Source: Paramoeba atlantica (lineage: Eukaryota > Protista > Discosea). From it: a DNA stretch of 64,000 bases. Below are positions 11,001 to 20,960 of the stretch, one piece after another. Numbering within the stretch: the stretch's first letter is position 1; each line of letters begins with the position of its first letter. The stretch is from positions 536,154 to 600,153 of the forward strand of contig CDRNVI010000020.1 in assembly GCA_977017575.1 (NCBI GenBank), in the 5' to 3' direction. Under the pieces are notes generated by a model. It saw only the letters and a program-made list of their open reading frames with translations, had not been told where the DNA came from and did not search any database. The translations under genes and the position numbers were made by a program.

Positions 11001-11665
11001 GGTGGATTCTGTGGGTAAGTCTTGAGCTCACACGTCGCGCCATGTGGGCGGTGCTGCGACTGGAGAACGAGCAGCTCAATAATTTTGAGAACTACCGAGC
11101 GGTGAATATTACCCCACCGGATGCAATCTCCTCTTCTTCCTCCTCGCCGTCTTGTGCGGAGAATGCGAACTCCGATATGCATGCCCCAATTGATTTAATT
11201 CTTCGTGAAACTGACAAGGAGATTCAGCGACGGATGGAGGGGTCACAAGGTCCGGAAAAAAACACCACAAATTCCGGGACCCGTTCCTCTTCTTCTCCCC
11301 TGTCTTCTTCCGCCGCAACAGATCTGTTTTATCTCATTCCCAACGTGAAGCTGAAATACCAAACCAAACTTACATCTTTTTTTGCCCATCTTCCAGAGCA
11401 CGCAAAAGTTCGCGTGCTACAATATCAGTACCCCGGACAATCGTTTGCGCTACGAAAGGACACGGGTAAAACGATTCGGTTTGCGACCATGCATGAGGAA
11501 GATAAGGTGTGTGCGCTGTACCACTTACTGGGAGGTCTCACGATTGAGCAGTACTGCCGCTCCCATGGATTGCTTCACTGGCTGCGGCCCTCACGACCGG
11601 AGAAGCGCTCACACAGTAGTGTTCGGAGGTCGAAGTCAGTGCCAAGACCCTCTCCAAAAACATGA
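8090..11665 (+). CDS. SPX-EXS domain phosphate exporter (XPR1/PHO1/SYG1 family)
   Basis: MKFG...YVDYE N-terminal SPX motif; NSIAFCKILKKFDK lysine cluster; multiple TM segments; EXS motifs VRFADFFLMDYLCS, RLLQCLRRYRD, LTNAMKY, WDYHMDWGL, ELTRRAMWAVLRLENEQLNN. Confidence 0.95.
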   Translation: MKFGEQIKVLTIPEWSRMYVDYEDGKNLIYTLREDLEEYHTLIEAHHITLSQYEVDPKRPGTGSSSLGFMCPRRIRGTFRFSREKSQPPSYYSVEMPVVEETTRNFGENSPLPPSSKFTSSHPSHFTEKRPRSLSKLHAMSIEHLPELDYSLFPGSAHPVHTPASSELPHLPSPPPEELPHPPFVEIDPGNPRNGHPPKWESALPPTPSTVLHLGLQHSLEEPTTLEPRPQSSETSESPSVTVTVPPSPGALLPTKASQKEVKISSSASSAVSSSASSAVSSSPFSVSENTRRLAPVSSPPGWVPPAGESSPLIDMEVLPFYPAERGSARGGGYETPGETRAPLATTPIRRSLSKLRPPAQAVLLPPSATGEGEKEEQELEEKPGVVFSALVGTPQGSEGMESPGVVQREAPPRQGVLVSPFLRASGVQKMSEISWILHRVAHLYRSMNQEMGNWILRECRKVNRFYMSRAQFIANRAALLLDRAKMVATMSSLEKQRLRQGMEEAYFALDLLRSYCTVNSIAFCKILKKFDKNTLQNCREDVTQYLSSRWFFQTTHSIDSSPNRRLKDLLVKVYADLFCQGSMKTARTFLHVKKHDERQKESRSPLFLTGFFSGATLAIFVLLLFEYCSHYSEISSLSEASVSRSQFIFSLGYVGTFLLLSFALVVLIWESYGINYAFILELDLRKHFTAFGLMCLAFLQLLIGVTCAYGFLHSALFTEGYSLTPNAPTYAYLFAALSVLLTFLFHLRHRFSSHWLWHHLLRAFAAPWYRVRFADFFLMDYLCSMTDVLGELPTALCVWEYPSSATNAFCLGYRTWRIPLLPALPHMLRLLQCLRRYRDQEGDSLHPNLTNAMKYAAGLLQLVLGFVLLVCKRMFGMQSVAFAVMEGVWLFAAFSDASYKLLWDYHMDWGLLSFFRNRGSRDPLLREQLWYPRWAYFSSAAVNAVLRFLWLIRHIFFPNWGRSLLFSGWGWILWVSLELTRRAMWAVLRLENEQLNNFENYRAVNITPPDAISSSSSSPSCAENANSDMHAPIDLILRETDKEIQRRMEGSQGPEKNTTNSGTRSSSSPLSSSAATDLFYLIPNVKLKYQTKLTSFFAHLPEHAKVRVLQYQYPGQSFALRKDTGKTIRFATMHEEDKVCALYHLLGGLTIEQYCRSHGLLHWLRPSRPEKRSHSSVRRSKSVPRPSPKT

Positions 11666-12269
11666 CTTACTTAGGCGTCTGGTTTTTTGTGCAAATTTTA
11701 TTTTTGTTTTTTAGCTCACATACACTGTACTTTGTATTCGTTTCATGATTTGGTTTTACGACACAAAATTGTGAAGCGAGTTGATTTCTTTGAATCCATC
11801 CACGATCTGGACAGCACTGTATGTATGGCGCAACAGTAGAGTAAGTGCTTCGTACGAGCATGGAAATTATTTTTTATGCACCGGCAAATTATAAATATGA
11901 ATGCTTTTACATTGCGCGTAAGCATGGATACATGAAGTAGACTTAATCTGTGTTTGTGCGCAAACTGGTCTGCAAAGATGATTCTTTGCAGCACTGTATA
12001 CTTGGGCTCTCTTGCGTTAGGTCGGTGTTTTCTTGCGTTCTTTGTTTCGTTTCTTTTCTCGTCGGGTTTGTGGACGAAACAAAAGAGGTTCACAATTCAC
12101 ACTACAAAATATCGTATACACCACGGGAAAAGTATCTTCTCAAAAACGGTTGGCCTAAAAAGTATTATCTTTTTTGTGGCGACCATTTTTTAATAATTTT
12201 AACCTCTTTTTACTTGTTAACGAGTTTCTGATTAATTTTGATTCTAAATAGTTCTTTATAATAAGATTT

Positions 12270-15113
12270 TTGTTAGTATCGACCAAATTTTTGTTGTCGA
12301 TACCAATAAAGTATAATACTCTTTCCATACAAACTCTTCATTTTACCTTCTTTGGTGGTTTTCATCTAATGATGCATCCAATCAGACACCCAGGTACGCG
12401 CTCTGTTCGGACAAACTTTCAGCACAACGTCCTGCGCTCGATTCAATTTTGTACATCTACCACGTGTATTCTACACCTAACTGGTTACCGTTACTGTATT
12501 AGCAACACTTCTTGTGATTCTTTATCGGATAAAATGAAGTGTACTCTTCCTTCAAAGGAACAGCAACGTTCAGTGGAAGTCAAAGACCCCACGTGCGCAA
12601 AACCTTTTGAATCTGAATTAGAAGAAAACAAGCCTCGTCGGATATACCTAAAGCCTTCCTTCTCCGGACTACCATCCTCTTTTTATTTCTCCCGAGATTA
12701 CGAGCGCACTCCCCCCAAGGTAAAAGTTATTGAATATTTAGAATCCCAAAATACTGCCTCCGACCGCACATCTGCGCACCAACTTCCCCTTGCTCCACTG
12801 TTTTACAAAGTTCATAAGCAGTGCGAATACTATGCAGTGCGACTCCCTCTACTAAAAGCTGGCCTGCGGAGGGTTCCGCAGCAACATTTCGTCCCGTGTG
12901 CTATGTCATGGAATAGGCCCACTTTTAGTTTAAAAGTATTACAGTCACGAATTAAAAGATATCGCAGTCTACGAGATAAACTTCGAAGCCAATTACAAAA
13001 GAAACTACTTCAGATATGTGCGTTGCACACTTTGGAGTGTGAACACCAAGTCATACAAACGATTCAACATTCACCAACATTGAAGTCGCTGGATTGTTGG
13101 TTGATATCAAAATTTTCTCGATTGCTTTCGCGTGCCTCTCAGCTTATTTCTTTTTTGGGTGGATCAGTACCCAAACACTCCCCGTTGTCATCAAGTTTAT
13201 CCGGAGCTATTTTGCCTCCTACCACAATACAAAGTGAAGAATACAACGCAAGTCCGACAGCATCTACCGAGATGGAATACACTTGTAACGAAATCGAACG
13301 TGTTTTAAAACAGCAAACGGAATGCGAACTGCAACTTCTAGGACGTCCCACCAACCCTCATCACCGTCTGAATCACTTTCCCGGAAGTGCCACAGAGCTG
13401 GGATGTAAAAGCGGGTTACAGCGAAACCTTAGCAAAATGCAGCAAAAATATGCGAAGAAAACAAGTTTCGAAGGGAAGTCACTTTTTTCATTTTCCCCTT
13501 TTACGTGGTGTCTTCCGCGCGATGCTTTATTTCTTCAAAACGAGTTAAAAATGGAAAACGATAGCATGCGCGCTGCATCAGCGAAACGCAATTTATCTTC
13601 TGGTAACTCACATTCTTCTCCGTACGCGCACGTGGAAATGTCGTCTATTGAGTCCGCACGCTCAGACACCTCTTTTTCACAAAGCAAAGCCTCTTCATTT
13701 TCCGAACGAGTTCCTCGTAAATATATTATCAAACCCTCTCGTGGCTCCTGTGGTCGTGGCATTAGTGTGGTTACCGCCAACTGCCCGAAACTCACAGCCT
13801 TACTTCAACGATATCTTCCTTCCGGTACATGCGACGCGAAAAAAACCGACTCTATTGAGTTTTCAGATCTTCCAAACAATCCTGATGACTATTCTTCCGG
13901 TTCTAGCTCTTCAGAACCCACACCTCCGTATATAGTACAGCAGTACATTGATGAACCAATGCTCCTAGAAGGCTTTAAATTTGATGTTCGTCTCTACGTC
14001 CTTGTAACCTCGTTGGACCCCCTCGTGATTTACCGGTACGAGGAAGGGTTAGCTCGTTTCGCAGCTGAGCCTTATGACCCTCAAGCACTCTCCAATCGTT
14101 TTAGTCAGCTTACCAATTACAGTGTAGGTCGAAAATATACCGAACATATTAGCTCCTTATTGAATGAGGCCTTTCCAACAAGTCCAACGGATCTTCCGCA
14201 AATTTGGAAGCCAAATCTAAAGTCCACCTTGGCTGATCTTAATAAAAGGCTTCGATCTCAAGGTGTGAACATCACACAGTTGTGGAGAGACGTTGATGAC
14301 GTGATCTTGCAAACATTGATGGCCACGTGCGAACCACTCTTAGGTCATTTGCGGGACGAAGACGTTCCGTTAGAATATTCTTTACCATGTCGTTCCTCCT
14401 TTTTCTCCCCTACCGAAGTGTCAACTGATAAAGTCCTAGAGATCACCCGACGGTCGAAAAAAACGCGATGCGTGCGTCACGGTCTCTCCAATATGGCTTT
14501 AAGAAACGACGACTCTTCACTCGCCGAGGACTGTCTAACCCGATCTCAGATTCTCTCGCTCGGTTGCTTCGAGCTCTATGGGTTTGACATTATGTTCGAC
14601 CATTTAGGAAAACCCTTGCTACTGGAGGTCAATGTTCTTCCCTCTCTGGAGAGCAGCAGTAGCCTGGACTATGAATTAAAGTCAAATGTAGTAACAGACA
14701 TGTTCAACTTGCTTTGTATCACATCACAAGAACTCTTAACTACCAGATCGGACCTCTCCTTTTCTTATAAGCCATGTTTGAATCATCAGAAAAAGAAAAA
14801 TGGTTCCCGAAAAGGACAACATGTCTTACCCACGAAATCCATAAATAGTTTTTCCTCTCGTGTCGCTGCAAGAAAAAAAAGACTAAGTCGATCTCTCGTG
14901 ACAAAGTCGAATCTTACATCGTTCATTATGTCGCGTATTCGCGATGAGGTTGCCTACAAGGGTCGTTTTAAACGAATTTTCCCTACACCGCGACGTGTTT
15001 CGGAATTCGGGAAGTATATACTCCCTCTAACTGAGTTCAACGCCTCACTCTGGTGTGAAATAAATCAACAGCAAAGGCAGAGGCGAACTGACAAGCTCTT
15101 GCCAAAACAGTAG
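12270..15113 (+). CDS. Tubulin-tyrosine-ligase-like protein (probable polyglutamylase); true start probably ATG 12369 or 12534
   Basis: LNHFPGS.ELGCK, FTWCLP, YIIKPSRGSCGRGI, VQQYIDEPMLLEGFKFDVRLYVLVTS, YEEGLARFA, LTNYSV, FELYGFDIMFD, LLEVNVLPSL. Confidence 0.93.
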   Translation: MLVSTKFLLSIPIKYNTLSIQTLHFTFFGGFHLMMHPIRHPGTRSVRTNFQHNVLRSIQFCTSTTCILHLTGYRYCISNTSCDSLSDKMKCTLPSKEQQRSVEVKDPTCAKPFESELEENKPRRIYLKPSFSGLPSSFYFSRDYERTPPKVKVIEYLESQNTASDRTSAHQLPLAPLFYKVHKQCEYYAVRLPLLKAGLRRVPQQHFVPCAMSWNRPTFSLKVLQSRIKRYRSLRDKLRSQLQKKLLQICALHTLECEHQVIQTIQHSPTLKSLDCWLISKFSRLLSRASQLISFLGGSVPKHSPLSSSLSGAILPPTTIQSEEYNASPTASTEMEYTCNEIERVLKQQTECELQLLGRPTNPHHRLNHFPGSATELGCKSGLQRNLSKMQQKYAKKTSFEGKSLFSFSPFTWCLPRDALFLQNELKMENDSMRAASAKRNLSSGNSHSSPYAHVEMSSIESARSDTSFSQSKASSFSERVPRKYIIKPSRGSCGRGISVVTANCPKLTALLQRYLPSGTCDAKKTDSIEFSDLPNNPDDYSSGSSSSEPTPPYIVQQYIDEPMLLEGFKFDVRLYVLVTSLDPLVIYRYEEGLARFAAEPYDPQALSNRFSQLTNYSVGRKYTEHISSLLNEAFPTSPTDLPQIWKPNLKSTLADLNKRLRSQGVNITQLWRDVDDVILQTLMATCEPLLGHLRDEDVPLEYSLPCRSSFFSPTEVSTDKVLEITRRSKKTRCVRHGLSNMALRNDDSSLAEDCLTRSQILSLGCFELYGFDIMFDHLGKPLLLEVNVLPSLESSSSLDYELKSNVVTDMFNLLCITSQELLTTRSDLSFSYKPCLNHQKKKNGSRKGQHVLPTKSINSFSSRVAARKKRLSRSLVTKSNLTSFIMSRIRDEVAYKGRFKRIFPTPRRVSEFGKYILPLTEFNASLWCEINQQQRQRRTDKLLPKQ

Positions 15114-15214
15114 GACGCATATTTCCTCATGCAGCCTATTCTGCATGCAGTTTTACTTACGAACCATTGCTCCTCCTCTGAATACCGTGGAAACATCAAT
15201 TAAGAATTTCTTTT

Positions 15215-15326
15215 CTAGTCGTTTCGTTAAACACGGTGGTTCTCAACGTAGAAGTCACTGATGCTGCGCGCTTCGCGTTGAAAACTACCTCCACGTTTAA
15301 CGAAGTGCCTAAAAAGGAAAAATTGT
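15215..15326 (+). repeat. Degenerate copy of the family R1 5' hairpin (~115 bp)
   Basis: cgttaaacacggtggt...gaagtcactgatgctgcgcgcttcgcgttgaaaactacc...tttaacgaagtgcctaaaaa, matching intact copies at 22350, 28665, 46060 and 55185. Confidence 0.85.
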
Positions 15327-16990
15327 AAAAACATCAAGAATAATTGAAGAAGGGTTTTCATCTAGGGTTGCGAAAATTACAGCGCTCGCAAAATTTTGTG
15401 TGACTTCTAAAATTGTTGCACAATAAATTGAAGTAAATGTCTTCGAAAAATGGAGTCTTTAAAAAAGGGAAATTCAAAAAAAGGAGGGTCTTCAAAAAGG
15501 ATTGGATTTCCAAAAAGGAAAGGTCTTCAAAAGAGGAAAGGACTTCGAAGAAGAGAAACCTCTTCAACAAAGGAAAGGTCTCCGAATTTGGAAATGTGTT
15601 TTAAACCAATGTTCAGCTTGCCATACCCCCGGTATAGTACTTTTAGTATTAGTAATACTAAAATTAGTAAAACTTTTATTGTAAAATAATAAAAACGTTT
15701 TACTAATTAAAAATTCACTAATTTTTGTTTTACTAATTTTTGCACTGCCCCAAAAAATTTGCCAACTTGATAAAATCAATTTTTACAGAAACGGTATTTC
15801 TGTCGTTTGAGTAGGTTGTCTCCTCTAAGGTCGGCGTTAGTACCATCTGCAAAATGGTAATGCTAGGGAAGACCGAGAGGAGGTCCCGACCATGCTTCCC
15901 CATGCTGAGTGTGTCAGGCTTCAGTGAAGCGTATTACAAAGAAAATCCTTACCAAGAATATCCCCCAAAAAGGGATTGACTTTTACCCCCTCCCACACAA
16001 TGTCCCTACATCAGTATTTTCTTAAATATGAAAAAAAACTCTTAAATACAAGAGAGCGATGTTTCGCGTTCGCGGAGCGGAGAAAGTCTTTTAAAAATGG
16101 GAGTATAACGAACAAGAAAGTCAGAGATTCAGAAAAAGATCAGGAGCGGGGAAAGTAATATGTGTCTGTAGCACAGAGTAAAAAACACCCCAAAAAAATA
16201 ATATTAATAAAAATCTTGCTCACAGAAATCTTGCTCGCTTTCGTGCGACATAGTAATCTGAAAACTTTTCGTAAAAAAGATAGAATTCCGAAAAAAACAA
16301 AAAAATGTAAGGTGTAAAACCTGAATTTCGCAAAATGTTTTACTAATTAAAAATTTACTAATTTTTGTTTTACGAATTATTGTTACACTAATAATTGTGT
16401 GCACTGTATCACCAGTAAAAGTCATAGAAGTGAAAAAACGCGATAAATAGTAAAGAAAACAAACGAATAATGCTCTGTAGGGTTATGATCTACGTGGGCC
16501 ACCTCGAACAAGAAGTCGACATCACATGTTGTCTGTCTGAAAAACCAGGGGGGGGGTATGCTATCGACCCTGGGTCACGATACCATACCCCTCCCCAGGT
16601 ATGGTACCAGGTCAAAGGTATGCAAACCGGACCCCCGTTTACATTTGGACCTCACCTCGGACAAGGGGCTTGGCTTTTATTTTTCCCCGCAGCGCATCGC
16701 TGATCAAGAAGAAATTCGTAGAAATCGGCGTATAATAACGTTTGTGGAGACGAAGGGACAGGAAGAATTTTCTCCAGAAAGTGCAGATCTGCCTTTCGTA
16801 CCTTAGTCCTCCCTTCATTACTCTATGGGTGCTTAAGCAAATATTTATCGTTAACATCTCATAATTGTCATCTTCGTTTACCCGCAATCTATCCTTACAG
16901 TGAAACAAATTGGTTCATCCTATCAGCTAAAGTGTTGTATATCACGTCGTTCCACCTACCCTTTCTCATTAATTTTTATAAATATAAATA

Positions 16991-17307
16991 TACTATCCCC
17001 CCCTATTTAATAGGACTCCAATTTTGGGCAAAAGGCCCTAATAAAGGGGGGGCACATGGAAAATAATATGAAAGAAAAAAATCGGCGCCGCGAAGCGGCG
17101 CCTTTTTTATCGTTGTGAAACAAGGTCCTACTCCCTTTTGATACACTTTTGGTTGTTGGGGTAGAAATGGAAAAACAATCTGCCGCTTCGCGCCGGATTC
17201 GACAATTTTTTGGCACTTTCCCTGAAATATTTTTTGTGGCCTTCCAGACAAAATGGCCCTATTAAAAGGGGGGTGACACGTAGCCCTATTAAATAGGGGG
17301 GATAGTA
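16991..17307. mobile_element. MITE-like element with ~23-bp terminal inverted repeats and TA ends
   Basis: TACTATCCCCCCCTATTTAATAGG at 16991 versus CCTATTAAATAGGGGGGATAGTA ending at 17307 (differ by one C/G in the run). Non-coding interior. Confidence 0.65.
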
Positions 17308-18406
17308 ATTATAAATTTTCATTTTTGTTATACCGTGGAAACATTAATTAAGAGACACATTAAATAAGGGAACATCAATTAAGGGAACACTAATTAAGGG
17401 AATAATTGTTTTTCGTCAATTTTTGGCATTTTCAGGCAGTTTATAACTAATATTTATTTTTTCCACCCATGGCCCAGGCACCCCCAACCCTCAGGATATA
17501 TATTGTTTTGAGTAGTGAATTTTTCTTGAAATGAAGTTTACATTGCGCCCCAAAAAAGGGTTTTCCCAAATAGTAAAGTGTTTTTTAGTAGTTACCTTTT
17601 TTTAGAGTTTTTCTCTTTTTCAAGAATTTTTGTCTAAAAGAAATTGATTTCATTTCATCTAAAAAAAATCGCATACAGCTTGCATTGGAAAGCGTTGTTC
17701 AAGACTCCAGCCCAGTTGTTTTTTGATTATACGTTTTCTTTTTTTCTCTGTGCTTCAAATACAATTGATTGCCCAGTTAGTAAAGTCCCAAAAAACGGTT
17801 TTCCCAAATAGTCAGGCTTCTTTTTAGTAGTTACCCAAAATCTGTGGTAACTACTAAAACCTTTACTATCTGGGTGCACTGTATATTTTTTGTGCTTTTT
17901 GTGCTTTGTAAAAAGAATAATTTTGATATTCAACAGCTGCTTTTCACCTCTAAATATGTTTAAAATAAAACTGCAACAATTTACAGTTTACAATTATTCA
18001 TCGTACTTATCTGATGATCTTGGGCTATTTTCAACTTGATTCTCATAAAACGATTAAGGGAACATTAAATAAGGGAACACTAATTAAGGGAATAATTCTT
18101 TTTGTAAATCATATTCCCTTAATTAGTGTAACCCCCCTTGAAGCGAAGGTCTTGGGCGACCTAAATTCCATAGAGACCCCAAAGCAGTACCCTTCTTCTC
18201 CTAGAGGAAAGGGTCATGATGACACAAATGGCTTGGGTCCGAACAAAGCTTCTCGCGAATGGGAAAGAGTTCATGGTACGTTTCACTCAATTTTTTTTGT
18301 GAAATGAGTGACTAAATGAAACTTTTCTTCAATGGCGTGTTTTTTTGGCAAACAGTAAGAATTGGCAAAGTTTGGTAAAAAAGTGAACATATGTTGCGGC
18401 AACATA

Positions 18407-19658
18407 CAGGGGTGGGCGCCTTCAGAGTGGGGGGGTCTAAAATTCGTAAAACTTGACCAATTTTGGAAAGTAATAGCGCATTCGAGAGTTCTCAAATAGT
18501 CTGGTGTAATGGCAACATCCGTTTCCCGTTTTTAGACATTCGAGATAAATGACAGAAAAACAAGGAATTTATTTTTCCCCGAAGATGCAATTTTTCAGTT
18601 TTTTTGGCTTTTTTTAGTTTTTTTGCGCCGTTAATGCCTCAGAAACGTGTACGATCGCAAACATCACGGTTTCCCTTCCAGAGAGGGTTTCAGTGTTCCA
18701 GACGCACTTTGGCTCGAGCTTTGAAGCCCGATATTATCCTCCGCGTAGTTCAGCGTAAACCACGACTAACCCAGCAGCATAAAGACGTTAGAGTCCGATT
18801 CTGTAAGGACATGTCGGGCTGGAGCGAACACCAGCTTGATAATATTATTTGGTGTGATGAGAAAAAGTTTACCTGCAAGAAGTCTACCAAAAACACCTAC
18901 CTTTGCCGACGGTCCGACCCTGTAAAAGAGCAGCTAGGTGAGCTGGAAGCGTGGGTAGGGGGCGATGGTATAATGGTGTGGATGGGGGTAAGCATAAAGC
19001 ATGGATTTCATCTGCACATTTTTCCTAATAGAGATGAGCAGGGAAATAGAGTTACTGTGAACGGGGCTGTTTTCGAAGCTGCCATGACCAAGCGTAATGG
19101 TCTTTTGAACTACCTACACAGGCACCGTGCAGTTGTTGCTATGGACAATTGCCCTGCGCACAACTTGGCAAGGCGTACTTTTCAGCAGCAAAACGTGCGA
19201 ACGCTCCCCTGGCCCGCAAAGTCACCGGATCTCAACCCCATCGAAAACTTGTGGAATATCATGGATCAGCACAAGGATCGCATGCGACCACGCAATCGCA
19301 CAGATCTCCTCTCTTCTATCGAGAGTGCATACGAGGCACTTCAAACCGATCTCAAAAGTACTTGCGTGAAGACCATAAAGAGTGTCTCCAAGCGCTTTCA
19401 AATCGTTATTGAGAAAAAAGGGGGAAATTGTGGGTACTGAGATTATTTTTGGAAAAAAAGGACTTTTTCGCTTAAAAAATAAAGTTGCAATTCGTGTTTG
19501 GGACCATTCTAGCTTTCTTTGATTCCCGTAAACTTTCGCAGAGTGCTTTTTACGATTACACCAGACTATTTGAGAGCTCTCGAATGCGCTATTACTTTCC
19601 AAAATTGAACAAGTTTTACGAATTTTAGACCCCCCCACTCTGAAGGTGCCCACCCATG
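18407..19658 (+). mobile_element. Tc1/mariner-superfamily DNA transposon, 1252 bp, ~104-bp TIRs, TA duplication
   Basis: TIRs at 18407-18510 and 19555-19658 (start CAGGGGTGGGC). TA flanks both sides. The paralogous empty site gcggcaacaTAtgttgtgtc is at 39801-39820. Confidence 0.95.
18634..19440 (+). CDS. Tc1-like DDE transposase, probably lacking the N-terminal HTH
   Basis: IIWCDEKKF, GDGIMVWMGVS, MDNCPAH, WPAKSPDLNPIENLW. 268 aa from ATG 18634, shorter than typical ~340-aa Tc1 transposases. Confidence 0.9.
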   Translation: MPQKRVRSQTSRFPFQRGFQCSRRTLARALKPDIILRVVQRKPRLTQQHKDVRVRFCKDMSGWSEHQLDNIIWCDEKKFTCKKSTKNTYLCRRSDPVKEQLGELEAWVGGDGIMVWMGVSIKHGFHLHIFPNRDEQGNRVTVNGAVFEAAMTKRNGLLNYLHRHRAVVAMDNCPAHNLARRTFQQQNVRTLPWPAKSPDLNPIENLWNIMDQHKDRMRPRNRTDLLSSIESAYEALQTDLKSTCVKTIKSVSKRFQIVIEKKGGNCGY

Positions 19659-19889
19659 TATGTTGTGTCAACAAAAGTCGTGTTAATCCCAGAAATTAAC
19701 ATGACTTTTGTTGACATAACTTAATTTCCCCCCTGTATGCCCCCCATGGACCCCCCCATGGACCCCCCCATGGACCCTCAACAAAAAAAATCTCCACAAA
19801 TATTTGTGCAACAAAAATTTGTGAATTTATTATTGTGCAACAATTTCAAAAGTGGCACAATAAAAAATTCACAAATTTTTGCGAAAGCT

Positions 19890-20219
19890 TTATCTGTTTC
19901 TCTTCTTTTTCCCCTTGAAGTAAACGCTCGATGCACGCTTTTCTTCTTCCGTAGTGCTAAAACACACGTGCGCCAGTCCCTTTTTTGATACGATTGTTAT
20001 GCAATTGATTTCACCATAAGAAGCGTAATGCTTGGTAAGGTCTTCTTTAGTCGTAGAGGAGGGAAGGTGTTCTATTGTGATTGAGCGCTCGTCATACTCT
20101 TCGCGCGCAGAGCGCACAACGTGCAGTGATTCTAAGTAATCATCTCTTTTGCGCTTTGTATCTCTTTCCTTGTCGGAAATGTCGTTACCATTGGTTGATT
20201 GATTCTCCGCCGAAGTCAT
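19890..20219 (-). CDS. Single-RRM protein or fragment
   Basis: SITIEHLPSSTTKEDLTKHYASYGEINCITIVSKKGLAHVCF resembles RNP2/RNP1. A frameshifted second copy lies at 48470-48842. Confidence 0.6.
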   Translation of the reverse strand: MTSAENQSTNGNDISDKERDTKRKRDDYLESLHVVRSAREEYDERSITIEHLPSSTTKEDLTKHYASYGEINCITIVSKKGLAHVCFSTTEEEKRASSVYFKGKKKRNR

Positions 20220-20611
20220 AATATACTCGAAGAAAGTTTTCAAAAAAATCACTCTAAGTCTAGAAACATTGACCATCGTTTTTTGTAAGACCATGGTTTT
20301 TTGTAAGACCATCGTTTTTTGTAAACCACTGTCCGGGTTAATATTCCTATACCCTCGTATTATTCCTACCAGTAATATTAAGTGTCCCAATGGTGCTTAA
20401 TATTCCTACCCCCCCTCTCCCTGACACCTACCCCGTCTTTGCTTGAGATCCACAAAAATGATCCTTCGATATTCCCTTTTTGGGTGATTTTTTCATCAAA
20501 ATAGCAAGCCCAACGCGCACACAGTTCCTAAAGGACCAAAATCGAGCACAAGAGCACAGACCGCGCCGCTTCGCGGCGCGAAAGAATTTTTGGTCCTTTT
20601 CTGCTAATTTT

Positions 20612-20960
20612 TTAATTAGGCTCTTCGATAAACGCGGTGGTTGTCTTCAACCTAGAAGTCACTCATGCTGCGCGCTTCGCGTTGAAAACTTCCACCGCGT
20701 TTAACGAAGAGCCTAAGAAAGAAAAATGGGCCAGGGATGCTGAAGAAAACGGAAGGATTTGAGCCACAAATAGCCGATTTTTAGGTAATAATGGGGTGCT
20801 TTTTGGGTATTTTTCTCTCAGAGCACTAAATCCGACATTTGCGTGTGGGAAATCACTCGTACGCATGAATGTAAGGCTACGGAACGTAATCGGCAGAGGA
20901 TGCGACACCAACCACACCATTCTTTCCGAAAAATACTGTCCGAAAAATACTTTTTCGCCT
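20612..20960 (+). repeat. R1 family 5' fragment (hairpin plus body)
   Basis: Hairpin aggctcttcgataaacgcgg...ccgcgtttaacgaagagcct followed by the R1 body (gcactaaatccgacatttgcg...). Confidence 0.85.

Larger units (their letters stand above)
17358..19778. repeat. Dispersed AT-rich repeat family R2, here interrupted by the Tc1-like element
   Basis: 17358-17993 recurs at ~28025-28661. 17990-18406 joined to 19661-19778 recurs uninterrupted at ~39397-39920. Confidence 0.85.

Noticed and set aside
15430-15600. Degenerate ~18-bp purine-rich repeats (ggtcttcaaaaaggaa-like)
   Set aside because: Low-complexity, single occurrence, and no structure or coding signal I can support.
16558-16806. KPD...ITFVETK as a PD-(D/E)xK endonuclease fragment
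   Set aside because: The match is too short and lacks an upstream CCHC knuckle or any neighbouring retroelement sequence.
17960-18000. acagttt as part of a spliced-leader RNA gene
   Set aside because: Only 7 nt match; the conserved CAGTTTCTGTA...TTG/GT context is absent here, and I did not see it elsewhere by eye.
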